A DNA stretch of 64,000 nt, taken from NCBI RefSeq assembly GCF_009914755.1, contig NC_060926.1. One strand, 5' to 3'. Numbering within the stretch: the stretch's first letter is position 1; each line of letters starts with the position of its first letter. Positions 1-13,287 of this stretch are shown here, one piece after another. The notes under the pieces were generated by a model. It did no database searches, was not told the origin of the DNA, and saw only the letters and a program-made list of their open reading frames with translations. The DNA is from the human T2T-CHM13v2.0 reference genome, Homo sapiens. The translations under genes and the position numbers were made by a program.

Positions 1-579
1 TTACTTAATACAACTTGGTTTATACTTAGGAAGGAAATAGTGAACCATTTTGATGATTCAAATATATTTGGCAGAATGGGTCTCTTACAAAGGCAGGTTA
101 TATTTGGATTTCTTGGTAAATGAATATTCTAAATGTACCAAAACCACTAGCTGTTTAAAAGACTCTTCCATGTAACTTAGTGTGAAAAATGAAACATTTT
201 TTGTAGCAAAAATAATCAAATCCAATTATGCCTGTTTCGTATGTTTGAAATAGTTATAGGATTCCTATACAAGATGATCAATTCTTCCAATGCAAAATGT
301 TCTCTGGATTTTCGTACTCCTTACACCTTTAGCACCTGGAAAATTTTAGCCAAATGCCATATCATAAAAAACCAGAAACAAGCCAAAGTCATGGAATTAG
401 ATCATGGATTTAGGAGATCTACCAAAATAAACATACAACTCATTTAACATACAATAAAGCCCAAGCTGACTGGGACACATGCAGCACGGTCTCTCTCTGC
501 CTCCCTTTACTCTAAGAACTCAATGCTAAAATTAAAAGCAATTTCCTATTATGTTGATTGAAAGATTAAGCTTTATATA

Positions 580-935
580 CAGTCATTCATCACTTAACAA
601 TAGGGATACCTTCTGAGAAATGTATCGTTAGGCGATGTTCTTCTGCAAACATCAGAGCGTTCTTACATAAACCTAGATAGTACAGCTAACCACACACCTA
701 GGCTATATGGTACAGCTGACCACACACCTAGGCTATATGGAATCATCTATTGCTCCCGGGCTACTAACTTGTACTGCTGTTACTGTACTGAATACTGTAA
801 GCATCTGTAATACAATGGTAAGTATTTGTGTATCTAAAATTAGAAAAGGTAGAGTAAAAATAAGGTAGTATAGTCTTATGGGACCACTGTTGTATATGTG
901 GTCCATCATTGTTAGAAACATCATGTACGGCATTT
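580..935 (-). mobile_element. Tigger3-type (MER7) TcMar-Tigger DNA transposon remnant
   Basis: Starts ta|cagtcattcatcacttaac...ttctgagaaatg and ends ...cttatgggaccactgttgtatatgtggtcc, matching the reverse complement of Tigger3a as I recall it; internal ~30-bp tandem duplication at ~680-740. Confidence 0.75.
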
Positions 936-1524
936 GATGGTCCTCACATCCAGGTTATCCAGAAGTGTATGAAAAGAAAATGAACTCCTGGGTTTCTGCA
1001 ATCTCTAAGGTCCTGCAACCACCTCTCTCCCCTGTTTCTATTCCTGGCTCTCTCTCACCTTTTTATTGTATGAACTCCTCAAACACTGAAAAATGATCCG
1101 AATATAACTGCAAGTTGCTTGTGATGTTTACAAATTCTTTCCTTTCTTTGTTCAGTTTTGCAAACACTCCAATTTTCATTTCAGCGAAGAAGAGAATTTT
1201 CTGCTCAGGTATTTCTTTGAGATTCTATTCTTCAGGGTCAAGAGCAATTCTGAATTCTGAATTCCAATTCTGAGCCAAGATGGACTAAGCTCTTAATTAT
1301 AATGGGGAGGGAAGGGAAAAGACCACTTCTCTCTTTGTGTCTTTTCATTTTAACCCAGTCACTGAAAAGAGTGAAGGAGGAGGTGGTTGGTTATCAGAGA
1401 GCCAGAGCTAAACTGAGCTGCCTAATTTTAACAGCGTCTGAGACATTTCTCACTCTGGCACTCTAAGCAATGCAATAACCCAACTCCTCATGGCCCAAAG
1501 CCCCAGACTCTGGTTTTCAGACAA

Positions 1525-1550
1525 AACAACAACAACAACAACAACAACAA
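1525..1550. repeat. (AAC)n microsatellite
   Basis: aaacaacaacaacaacaacaacaacaaaa seen directly. Confidence 0.95.
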
Positions 1551-1959
1551 AAACCCACCGTTATGACAGTCCTGCCGCTGAGCTAACCAGAACCTGGCTG
1601 CACTACTTTCCATTCACTGCCCAACCCTTTCCTGCCTTGCAGACTTGGAAAGCAAAAATGACATTTTGGAAAACCTGGTTCACCTTCCCAGCCAGAAGTG
1701 CAGAACTGCATGCCTCAACCTCCAACTTCGGACAGGCCTCCTGACAGCGAAGATCAGAGGCTCAGGGCACCCCGGGGCCCCTCAGGCAGGGAACGTGCAT
1801 TCCCACCCCTGACTCCCCTCGCACCGAAGCTGCACATGCTCCTTCTTCCCTGCCTTCCTCTGCATGCTCCTTGGACCCAAGCTGAACCCTTTCTTCCTCT
1901 CTCCATCTACAATTACAAACGCAAATTCTCAGCCAAGGATGAAAGAAGTAAATTGTAGG

Positions 1960-2700
1960 CTCGCACAATATCAATAATTCCGCGGGTCACAGCATCCCGC
2001 ACAAGGACGCCTTCTTATTGCATAATTAACGCGAGGAAGGCTCTTCCCGCTACTCCCGCGAACTAGGGAGATCTTCAAGTCGCCAAAACACACCGGGATG
2101 TGGCTCGCCAGGACAAAACCCGCGGGTTCTCCGGTTTTTCCGTGCGCCCCGCGGCGGGGAGAGGGGCCCAGGCGCTGAAACCCACCCGCCTGCGCGTCCC
2201 CGAGCTCACCCTACTGGAGCGGCGCTCGTCCGGGTCCTTAGGCTCCTCCCCTGGCCCTGGGGGCGCCGCGCGGGTCGGGCTTCGCCGGGCCTGTGGGCGA
2301 AGCGCGCGGGGTCCTGGGAGCTCGGGAGGCCCGCCCCACCTTGCCCCGAGGCCTCCGCGCCGCGGCCCGTCGGGTCCCGGGATGTGGCGGCGGCGGCAGC
2401 GGAAGTAAGGAAGACGCCCGGCGCGCTAGACCGGCTTTGGGGGCCAGAACGCCGGCACCGCCTCACGCGGCCCCCTCGCGCCTATCCGGCCGTGCGCGCC
2501 GCCTGCCCGCGCGCGTCCCCGCCGCCGTCCCCGGCCGTGCGCGTTCCAGCGGGTCGCGGGGAGTGGGGAGGGGCGCGGCCGCGGGACCCCAGGCCCGGAT
2601 CCCGAGTCTCCCTTTCTGCCGCTGCAAAAGCGTTCTTTCTGACCGAGACCTGCGGCCGGAACAAGTCCCGCTGGGCCTCCATCCAGAAAACAGGTTCGCT
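1960..2700. promoter_or_regulatory. CpG island promoter with GC boxes and an ETS-type CGGAAGT motif (~2400-2406)
   Basis: Very high GC and CpG density against an AT-rich, CpG-poor background; ccgccc/ggggcg boxes; gcggaagt next to a (GGC)n run. Confidence 0.93.
2210..2410 (-). other. CHST10: Non-coding first exon (5' UTR) of a minus-strand gene, probably CHST10; TSS approximate
   Basis: Minus strand reads ...GCCGCTCCAGTAGG|GTGAGCTC, a strong donor with GT at 2209-2208 inside the CpG island. The name is inferred from CHST10 lying head-to-head ~50 kb upstream of NMS; no CHST10 coding sequence is in the window. Confidence 0.72.
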
Positions 2701-3209
2701 TTTTGAGAAAGAAAAAAAATCCCAAACTTGGAAAAAGGCAAAAAACCAAACCAAAACAACAACAAAGTCACACACACACACAAAACCACCTTGGAAAAAT
2801 ACAAAAAATAGATAAGTAAATTTCTTAAATCCCCAACTTGGAAAAAGGCCACTTGCTTGCGTTAAGGGTAACTTCTAGCATTTTCTAATAAGCCTACTTA
2901 GTAAAAGGGGGACGTTCTATTCTTTAAAGAACCCCCTTGGCTGTCCGGGTTGGGGATGTAACTGTTGTCTAGGTACAGTGGATTAACGAAGGACAATGAT
3001 AACGGCCTGACCAGTTTACAGACCTGAAGAATTGTAACTTCTTAACCTGCAGAAATGGATAAGGCCTGAGTCAACCTCAAAGGTATTGGGATTTTATTGC
3101 CCCAAAGAAGATAAACTAGTTTTATTTTTATACAACCTACATGTTTGTTAACTACCCGACTATATCTGTGTCTATTTAGCAAACAAGTAAAATAGATACG
3201 TGTATGTAT

Positions 3210-3236
3210 ACACACACACACACACACACACACACA
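3210..3236. repeat. (CA)n microsatellite
   Basis: Perfect CA run seen directly. Confidence 0.95.
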
Positions 3237-3657
3237 ATTTTTCAAAGCTTTCAAGGAACAAGCGTTTTTGTTTTTGTTTTTTTTCTTTTTTATTGGTTCC
3301 CTCCTTAATGAGTTAATAATATTGAGGGAGCTGGCTGTTTGAGTATTTCACTTCTAGCCCCATTACTAATCATGGTTTAAAGGTTCTGTCCCTCATGCAG
3401 AAGACGTTTACTGAGCCCTTTTTTGGGGCCCTGTGGTTGAGATGAGACATTGGGTTTCCCTTTGAGGATTTGAATCGATACACGTGCACGGCAGAAAAGA
3501 AGTAAGTAAATGTGAAGCTTGGATGTGATGCAGCATATTATGCAGGATTTAAGGATCAAGGCTCTGGGAATCAGACCACGTGGATTCAGAGCCTTAGTCA
3601 CTGCATATGACTGTTGACCTTGTCACACTCTCATCTCTCTGTGTCCCAGTCTTCTCA

Positions 3658-3984
<327 letters not shown>

Positions 3985-4251
3985 CTAAAGAATATTGTAG
4001 AGGATGCATTTAAAATACAAAGCACAGTCATCCCGCAGTAGTAAACACTGCAACAAACACACACTATTGTCACTGTTATTACTGCATTCCCAAGATACTG
4101 TTCAAAACTTTAAAAGATGGAGTTTGTTCTAGAGGCTTACACATTGACAACTAAGGTAACTGAGGTTTTTTGGTTTTTTTTGTTGGAGTTTTTCAAAATA
4201 GTTCCTCTTTTTTTCCTATAAATGAATGTCTAGGAAAATATTAGTATTTAG

Positions 4252-4593
<342 letters not shown>

Positions 4594-5279
4594 TGATCTC
4601 CAAAAAGTGGATCTTTAGGAGTCTCCAAGATCCTTTCAGAGGATCTGCAATGACAAAACTGTTTTCATAGTTGAACTGGGACATTATTTGTCCTCTTTAC
4701 AATGTAGACATTTGCTCTGATTGTGCAAAAGTAAGCACAAATCCCAGCAGTGGGACAACACCAAATCAGTAGTAACTGCATCCTTCACCACCATGCACTT
4801 GCAGTAAAAACAAACACAAAGTGTCACTGAAGAATGTCCCCCGTGAAGCAGTCATGTCCCTCATGACAGGGTGGGAAATGCACAGAAACAATCCTGCTGC
4901 ATCCCAAGGATGATGGTTGCTGAAGGCCGTGCCATTGTGCAATGGCCTGCAATGCACAAGCTGCAGCTCTTTTTTATGGAACGCCAGTTTTACTTGAAAG
5001 CAGAACTGACAGACAAACTGCAGTTACCCAGATTTGGGCATTTGGCAGACATTTCCTCCAAAATGAATGACATGGGCCTGTCACTTCAAGAAAAACAAAT
5101 GATAGTGTTTGTTGTCTGTGATAACATTCAAGCTTTCAAGTGAAAAATCAGACTTTTGCAAAACCTGTATCCATCACTGTAAGTTTGACAGCTTCCCAAT
5201 ATTTAAAGATTTTTCTGATGAGATCAGAAGTAGTACTAACAACTAGTTGTAAAAAAATATTGTATAGTGATCAACCAGT

Positions 5280-6400
5280 TGTAGTGTAATAAGAAATATG
5301 TATTTGGCCTTTGACCCTGGTTCCTGACTGATACAGTTTGGCTGTGTCCCCACCTAAATCTCAGTTGTAGTTTCTGTCATCCCCACGTGTCATGGGAGGG
5401 ACCCTGTGGGAGGTAATTGGATCCTGGGGGCAGTTACCCCCATGCTGCTGTTCTCCTGATAGTGAGTGAGTTCTCATAAGATCTGATAGTTTTATAAAGG
5501 GCTTCCCCCTTCACTCAGCACTCATTCTCTCTACTGCCGCCCTGTGAAGAGGTGCCTTCCACAATGATTGTAAGTTTCCTGAGGCCTCCCCAGCCATGTA
5601 GAACTGTGAGTCAATTAAACCTCTTTTCTTTATGAATTACCCAGTCTTGGGCATTTTTTCATAGCAGTGTGAGAATGGACTAATACACTGACATAAAGCA
5701 CTTAAATCCCTTGGAGTTTCCTGGGTGATAGGAGTATCTTTTGTTCTAATGAAGCAACTCTTGCTGGGCCCCTAAATATTTTCAGATGGAGACTGGTCAC
5801 TGGAAAAACCAGGCCTCGTATGGAAGCCTCCAATTTTTTGCCCTATACCCAGTCCTCTGGAGAGATGAGAGGGGCTGGAGATTAAGTTAATAATGGATCA
5901 TGTCTGCATGATAAAGCCTCCATGGAAACCTCTAGACCACAGAGTTCAGAGAGTTTCCAGGTTGGTGAACACATTCAGGTCCTGGGAGAGTGGTGTGCCC
6001 AGTGAGAGCAGGGAAGCTCTGCACCCTTTCCACTTACCTTGCCCCATGCATCTCTGCCATCTGACTGTTCCTGAGTTGTATCCTTTATAACAGGACATAA
6101 ACTGGACATAGTAGGACATAAACTGTCTTCCCAAATTCTGTGAGCTATTCTATCAGATCACCAAACAGGAGGGAGGGAGTCATGGAACCCCTGATTTATA
6201 GCCAAGCTGGAAAGAAGTGGGATAATCTGGGGACCCAATTCTTGCAACTGGCATCTGAAGTGAGGGAAGTCTTGTGAGACTGAGCCCTGAACCTGTGGAG
6301 TCTGACTGTAACTCCAGGTAGTTAGTGTCAGGATTAAGTTGAATTGTAGGACAGCCAACTGGTGTGTGGAGAATCAGATAAATGGTTGTTGGTGTTGGAA
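5280..6400 (+). mobile_element. MER21-type LTR inside Charlie1
   Basis: tgtagtgtaataagaaatatgtatttggcctttgacc...aaatcccttggagtttcctgggtgatagg... resembles MER21; boundaries approximate. Confidence 0.65.
5329..5687 (+). mobile_element. MaLR solo LTR (MST/THE1 type)
   Basis: tgatacagtttggctgtgtcccc...gactaataca with perfect 5-bp TSD ctgac. Confidence 0.9.
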
Positions 6401-8026
6401 AACATGCCAAAGTGATGAGTTTTAATGTCACCAAATATAAAATATTTATTGATAGGGTTTTGGATTCCACATTGTACTAACCTTTAGACGGCTACCACTT
6501 GTTGGGTTTAGGTGTGGAAACTCAAAATACCCCCAAATTATCTGAAAAGATTTAAATATTTCTTCCTTTTTCTACTTATCTGTGTGAGGAAGGAGTTTCT
6601 TCATATTCTTTGACCAATATATTGCAACAGATTGAGTGCGAAGAGAAGTATATGATTCCAGCTGTCTTCTATTAAGCCAGACATTAAAGAGATTTGCAAA
6701 AGGGTAAACAATGCCATATTTTTGTTTTGAAAAACATAGCTGTTTTTCCTTAAAGTATGCTATTTAAAGTAACATATAATGGGAATATTCATTTTCTAAA
6801 ATGGATTACTAAAGGTTTTTAATTTCTCATGTTATAAGTATAGATGGATATCATCCAGATTAACAAAAGCTCTTTGGGTTCCTTGATAATTTTTAAGAGT
6901 GTAAATGGGTTCTCAGGAAAAAATGATTGAGAACTTCTGTTCTCAAAGAAACCCAAATTCTTAATAGTAAAAGGAAAATATACCAGGTTCTTTAACAACC
7001 CGCTACTCCCACCCCACCCACTATGAAGTGAATATTTCTGTTTTGAACCAAACCAAGGCCCTTCCTGAAAGTGGAATAATAGAACAGATGCATCTAGAAA
7101 AACCAATATATCTCTTACAGGGATGGGGTCATGTGGAGAACCATCTCCTACACAGGTAGGGATTTGCCAGTTCCCCTCAGCATTCTAAGACAATTTGATA
7201 AATTTCTCCCCTATTCTTCATTTTGGGTTCAACCTGTATGAACTCAGGGTCCTTTAGTGCTAGGTGCTAGAATCTGACTTTGTTTTCCCTCCGGCCTCTT
7301 CCCCAGCTCCTAGCTGTGCTACAGAGAAGCTCCTGCAGTTTCCATGTCAGCCACAGGAGGGGACAATTCCTAGAATCCTGGCCCTCCTAGTCCTGAACTC
7401 TCCTCTCAGTATACACAGTGGCTACCAGTCACTCAGGCTTTCTTGGGGTTCCTTTAAGAAGTGGGTTTGGAAATGACTTCTTGGCCACTCTTGGCAGTAA
7501 ATGTAATAGAAAATTGCAGAGAGTACATATCTCGGTTCCTTTCTCTGAGCACACTGAAAATTTCCATTTGGCTCACTTGGTGGGTATATGAGAAGCTTAC
7601 CAGAGTTGAAATGAGACTCTGTCCAGGGTAAAGTTGTAGAACTGTAGGGACCGCAGCCAGGCATCTCTGTGTTGTACCATAACTGAGAAATGTTCAGCCA
7701 GAGGGCCCTTTTCAGTAGACGTAGAGTTGGAGGCAGGGATTACAAACCTACAGAAGTTGATTTCCCTTTCCTATTTATAGATGGCAATGCAGTTCAAAGA
7801 CTTTTTGTTTTTAAGTAGGAGATGGCTGAATGAAACAAGCTGGATTCCATACTCTAGCCCTTGGAAACCTTTGGTGTGTTTATTACAGTCTTAATGGGGA
7901 GCTGTTTTGCCTTGTTAAGAACTTCTAAATTATCCAAAACATAATAGGGCTGCACATTTGAAAAAATTAGACAAGAGGAATTATTTCATATTTTAAGCCC
8001 AAGAGACATCTTCAATACCTACGTTT

Positions 8027-8160
8027 AATTTTTATTTTCACTAGAGATGATGTTTTGCTATGCTGCCTGGGCTGACCTTGAACTCCTGGCCTCCAACCAT
8101 CCTCCTGCCTCGGCCTCCCAAAGTGCTGAGATTACAGGAGTGAGCCACCATGCCCTGCCA
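8027..8160 (-). mobile_element. Alu monomer (FLAM/AluJ left arm)
   Basis: ...ctcggcctcccaaagtgctgagattacaggagtgagccacc, single arm only. Confidence 0.8.
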
Positions 8161-9162
8161 AGCCCTACATTTTGAATTCCTGAAAATATATTTTAACACT
8201 TACCAAAATAAGAAAATTTTAAAAAGTGCTGAATTCTTGAGGTGAGATCACAGACACCTCCCACTGTCAAGTTAGACTACATTCCCAGTGGAATTGGCTA
8301 AGGATACAAAATTATGCTGTAAGTAAGGTGACTCCACAGAGTTTGTTTGGGCTGCATGACTGGGTTCTGGCCAGTGAGATGTGCATAGATGTGATCTAAG
8401 CCACCCCTAGGGCTCACCCTTAAGAACATACCTATGATCCTGAAGTTTTCTTCCTCTGATATGTGCCATGTGTTCTAGAAGGTGGACGCACAAGATGAAA
8501 GCAGCTGTGATCCCTACATCACCATCTGGAGGAAAGTTGCATTATCCTCATGGAATGTGATGAGCAAGTAGTTGATACCTATTGTTTTAAGCCAAGGATA
8601 ATTCAGGACATATGATTTACACAGCACAGCCTGCCCTAATACAGGATACCAGTTCAGTGATGAAAACACTGGACAGAAAGTCAGGAGGCTTGTGTTCTAT
8701 GATGTTGAACTATAAGAATTTGTTGGTTTTTAACAGTTTTTGATGTTCAAGTGGCAGTTTCACATGATTCACCCCAGGAATTCATGTGACCCCTGGCCAG
8801 CTTGGTATGTGACATTGAATTAATCCATTACTCCCATCTGGATCTCATTTTTCTCATCTATAAAAATCAGATCTAATAAACATCTATAGAACACTCCACC
8901 CAGTAACAGTAGGATATACATTCTTCTCAAGGACACATAGAACATTTATCCTCATATATATGCTATAGGCTAATCTGTAAAATAAGCCCCAGTACATTTT
9001 TTAAAATTAAAATCATACAAAGTATGTTCTTTAACCACAACAGAATTAAACTTGTTAATAATTTGACAACAGCAGGAAATCTAGGAAATTTACAAATAAT
9101 GTGGAAATCAAATAATGTACTTAAATAACCAATGGGTCAAATAAATCACAAGTAAAATTAGA

Positions 9163-12100
9163 CGTACTAGTTCGTTTTCATGCTGCTGATAGAGACATAC
9201 CAGAGACTGGGCAATTTACAAAAGAAAGAGGTTTAGTGGACTTACAGTTCCACATGGCTGGGGAGGCCTCACAATCAAGGTGGAAGGCAAGGAGGAGCAA
9301 GTCACGTCATCAATGGATGGCAGCAGGCAAAGAGAGAAAATTATGCAGGGGAACTCCTCTTTATAAAACCATCAGATAGTCAGGAGGTGGCTCCAGTGGC
9401 TGTGGTGGCAGCATGAGTGCCAGGAGGTGGTGGCTGCAGTGGGACAGGTGGTTGCACAGTGGCGGGCACAGGTGTAATGGATAGGTAACAGAGAAGACCT
9501 CATCCCTTCCTAGTCAGGGCATCAGCATGACAAAGTGCTTCCTGCCCCCCACCAGCAGCCCCAGTGAACACCACAGGGTGGAGCATGGCAGTGGGCTTAC
9601 CCAGACTCCCAGCTCTGAAGAGATCAGCCCTACTAAATTTCCTGGATTGTACCACACTGGTGAGCCCTCACCTCCCCATGACATCCTCCACAAGCCTCCT
9701 GATATAGTGTCTGATGATGAGAAAGACCATGGGAAGAAAAAAGGAAATTTTAAGAAAAAGGAAAAGAGGACCGAAGGCTATGCAGCCTTTCAGGAAGATA
9801 GCTCTGGAGATGAGGCAGAAAGTCCTTCTAAAATGAGGAGACCCAAGGGAATCCATGTGTTCAAGAATCCCAGCTTTTCTAAAAAGAAGGAGAAGGATTT
9901 TAAAATAAAAGAAACCCAAAGAAGAAAAGCATAAAGAAGAAAAGCACAAAGAAGAAAAAAAGAGAAGAAGTAAAAAAAAAAAAAAAAAAAAAAGAAGTCA
10001 AAAGACTTGACAGCAGCTGATGTAGTTAAAACAGTGGAAGGAAAAGAAGTAAAAGAAAAAGCCATTTCAGGAGCCAGAGGTGCCTGAGATTGATGTTCCA
10101 AGTCTCAAACCCATTTTTGGAATTCCTTTGGCTGGTGCAGTAGAGAGAACCATGATATATGATGGCATTTGGCTGCTGGCCGTTTTCCGTGAATTACGTA
10201 GAGAAGTATGGCATGAAGTGTGAAGGCATCTACAGAGTATCAGGAATTAAATCAAAGATGGATGAGCTAAAAGCAGCCTATGACCAGGAGAAGTCTACAA
10301 ACTTGGAAGAATATGACCCTAACACTGTAGCCAGTTTGCGGAAGCAGTATTTGTGAGATCTTCCGGAGAATTTGCTTACCAAAGAGCTTATGCCTAGATT
10401 TGAAGAGGCTTATGGGAGGACCACAGAGACTGAGAAAGTGCAGGAATTCCAGCGTTTACTCAAAGAACTGCCAGAAGGTAACTATCTTCTGATTTCTTGG
10501 TTCGTTGTGCACATGGACCATGTCATCACAAAGGAACTGGAAGCAAAAATGAATATACAGAACATTTATATAGTGGTCAGCCCAACTGTGCAGATCAGCA
10601 ATCTAGTCCTGTATGTGTTCTTCACACATGTGCAAGAACTCTTTGGAAATGTGGTTCTAAAGCAAGTGACGAAAACTCGGCGATGGTCTAACGTGGCCAC
10701 GATGCCCACGCTGCCAGAGACCCAGGCAGGCTTCAAGGAGGAGATCAGGATACAGGAGTTGCTTTTGAATTGTTTACATCAAGATCTGCAGGGTGGGATA
10801 AAGGATTTGTCTGAAGAAGAAAGATTATGGGAAGTACAAAGAATTTTGACAGCTCTCAGAAGAAAACTGAGAGAAGCTAAAAGACAGGGGTGTGAAACCA
10901 AGATTGCACAAGAGATAGCCAGTCTTTCAAAAGAGGCTGTTTCCAAAAAAAAAGATGAATGAAAATGAAGAAGTTATAAATATTCTCCTTGTTCAGGAGA
11001 AAGAGATCCTGACTAAACAGGAGGAGCTCCTGGGCATGGAGCAGTTTCTGCGCCGGCAGATTGCCTCAGAAAAAGAAGAGATTGAGTGCCTCAGAGCCGA
11101 GACTGCGGAAATTCAGAGTCACCAGCAGCAGGGCCTAAGCGAGACTGAGGAGTACTCCTCCGAGAGCGAGAGTGAGGATGAGGAGGAGCTGCAGATCATT
11201 CTGGAAGATTTACAGAGACAGAACGAAGAGCTGGAAATAAAGAACAACCATTTGAATCAAGCAATTCACGAGGAGAGTGAGGCCGTCATCGAGCCGCGCA
11301 TGCAGCCCTGGCTGCTCCAGTTGCAGCCAGACAGGGCCAAGCAGCAGGCGCAGGAGGACGAGGAGCCCGAGTGGCGCGGAGGTGCCATCCAGACGCCCAA
11401 GAATGGCATCCTCGAGCCAGTAGCAGCTAAATAGCCACCAAAGGCAGGCAAGAAGCCGGCAAAGCCATTGCCCAGCAGGCACAGGAAGGAGACGTCCATC
11501 TGAGCAGCCTCCGTGGCCATCCGGAGTCCGTGAGACTGAAAGGACTCATGCATCTTACTGTAACCCGGGGGCCAGGCTGGCTCTCTCGCTGTACATTCTG
11601 TAAAGGTGTCTTCTCTTCTCAGACTCTTCCTCGGTCACACGTCTGACTCCTTCGCGTCAGGCTTAGGTTCTATGGGAGGACGAAGCAGGGGATGCATTGT
11701 GGGCTTTAGGGACAGATGAGTTTTCCAGGTAGTGTCAGCATATTTGAAGATTTTAATTTTCTTCCTTAACTTGAAATAACTATTTTAACCCTTGAGTGGC
11801 TTCTTTTTAAACCACAAATCGTCTTTCTTTGCTTTTTTATCACAGCAGAATCAGGATCATTCAAGTGGGGAACCACACCAGGTCAGTGCTGCGCCCTCCG
11901 TGATCTCTGGTACCTTCACTCTTGCTTGTGCCTTCAACACCTTGGTGCAGATCCCTATGGGGGAACTACCTCAGGTTCTCTGAGTGGTCAGAGCAGTGCA
12001 TGGTGGGTGTTCCCTGGTCCACCCTCCTAACTCTCTCCTTCTGCAATTCTAAACCACAGTCCATAAGCCAGAGTCACCAGGACGGCCTATCTGGCCGCAG

Positions 12101-13287
12101 ACGGGCTGCCTGCGGAGCCAGCCCATCCACCCCGGGCAGCGCAGGCCAGCCGAGAGGCCGCCCGTTCCCGCCGGTTTCTTACTGTGGGGACCAGCAAAGG
12201 CCTTCTCACTGGGTTGATCAAAGATAGTCTCCTTGGCCTGGTGCATCCACAGAGGATGTTGCTCAAACCAGAAATCTTTTAAATGACTGACCTTTCTTAA
12301 AAACAGAATGACTCTGCTTGCTTGGGCTAGAATGTACACGTCTTCTTGCCTGAATAAGCCATATATATGCTCTTAAACAAAAGTTTGATACTATCCATAT
12401 CGTCTCAGTGAACCTACTAGTGGACTCCCAATTGACAAGATCGAGCAATAAAAAAATTCCTTTCCTTTGAATGATAGTTGTGATTCACCCCGTCCCATTT
12501 TCTTGTTTCTGGTCCATCTGCTGAAATGGATGCTCTGATGCTCTGAAGCTTCTGGGAGGCCGGGCTCTGGAGGCAACGTGCTGCAGGCGCACTCTGTCAG
12601 AGTGAACAGCACCCGCGAGACAGGCCAGGCTCCTGGCTCAGAAGACAAACCCCACACCCACTCAAGGAAATGAAAACAAACCCCACACGAGGGCGCTCTC
12701 CTCCTCCTCCTAGGTAGTATTTATTTTCAGCACCTCTTTGATGCAGTTTTTAATCCTCTACCTATTGCACTGTTGTGACTCGTTGGCCATTATTTGATTT
12801 TTGTACGAAAAAAAAGCTTTGTTATAGAAATCAGCATACTATTTTTTAAATCTGGAGAGAAGATATTCTGGTGACTGAAAGTATGGTCAGGTGTCAGATA
12901 TAAATGTGCAAATACCTTCTTGCTGTCCTGTCAGTCTCAGTACATTCACTTTATACCTGCTGGCAATATTGAAGGTTCCTTTTTTGTTTGTGTAAACTCT
13001 AATTTCTATCAAGGTGTCATGGATTTTTAAAATTAGTATTTCATTACGAATGTCTCAGCATTGCTTAACTCATTTTTGCCAGAACCATTATTGATCAAGC
13101 AAATAAATTCAGCCATTTGGGAAAAAGAAAAAAAAAACCCATCAGATCTCGTGAGATTTATTCACTATCACAAGAACAGCACGGGAAAGACTTGCCCCCA
13201 TGATTCAATTAACTCCCACTGGGTCCCTCCCACAACAAGTGGGAATTTAAGATGAGATTTGAGTGGGGACACAGCCAAGCCATGTCA
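9163..13287 (-). mobile_element. THE1 solo LTR split in two (9163-9377 and 13134-13287) by the RALBP1 retrocopy
   Basis: cgtactagttcgttttcatgctgctgat...aaaaccatcagat then ...atcagatctcgtgag...acacagccaagccatgtca; 5-bp TSD ttaga at 9158-9162 and 13288-13292. Confidence 0.9.
9378..13137 (+). pseudogene. RALBP1P: RALBP1 (RLIP76) processed pseudogene: 5' UTR, disrupted CDS 9527-11503, ~1.6 kb 3' UTR, poly(A)
   Basis: Intronless near-identity to RALBP1 (MTKCFLPPTSSPSEH..., [32 protein letters not shown], ...RKETSI* ending 11503); several frameshifts and stops; AATAAA 13102-13107, A-tail 13122-13137; TSD aaaacc(c)atcagat. Confidence 0.97.

Noticed and set aside
680-740. ~30-bp direct repeat resembling a two-unit array
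   Set aside because: Simple tandem duplication inside a Tigger3 remnant; no spacers, not CRISPR-like
1245-1275. aattctg repeats resembling a heat-shock element
   Set aside because: Spacing does not fit alternating nGAAn units; a short simple repeat
2100-2852. Overlapping 99-143 aa ORFs on both strands in the CpG island
   Set aside because: Low-complexity Ala/Arg/Pro/Gly products expected from GC-rich, stop-poor DNA; no recognisable protein
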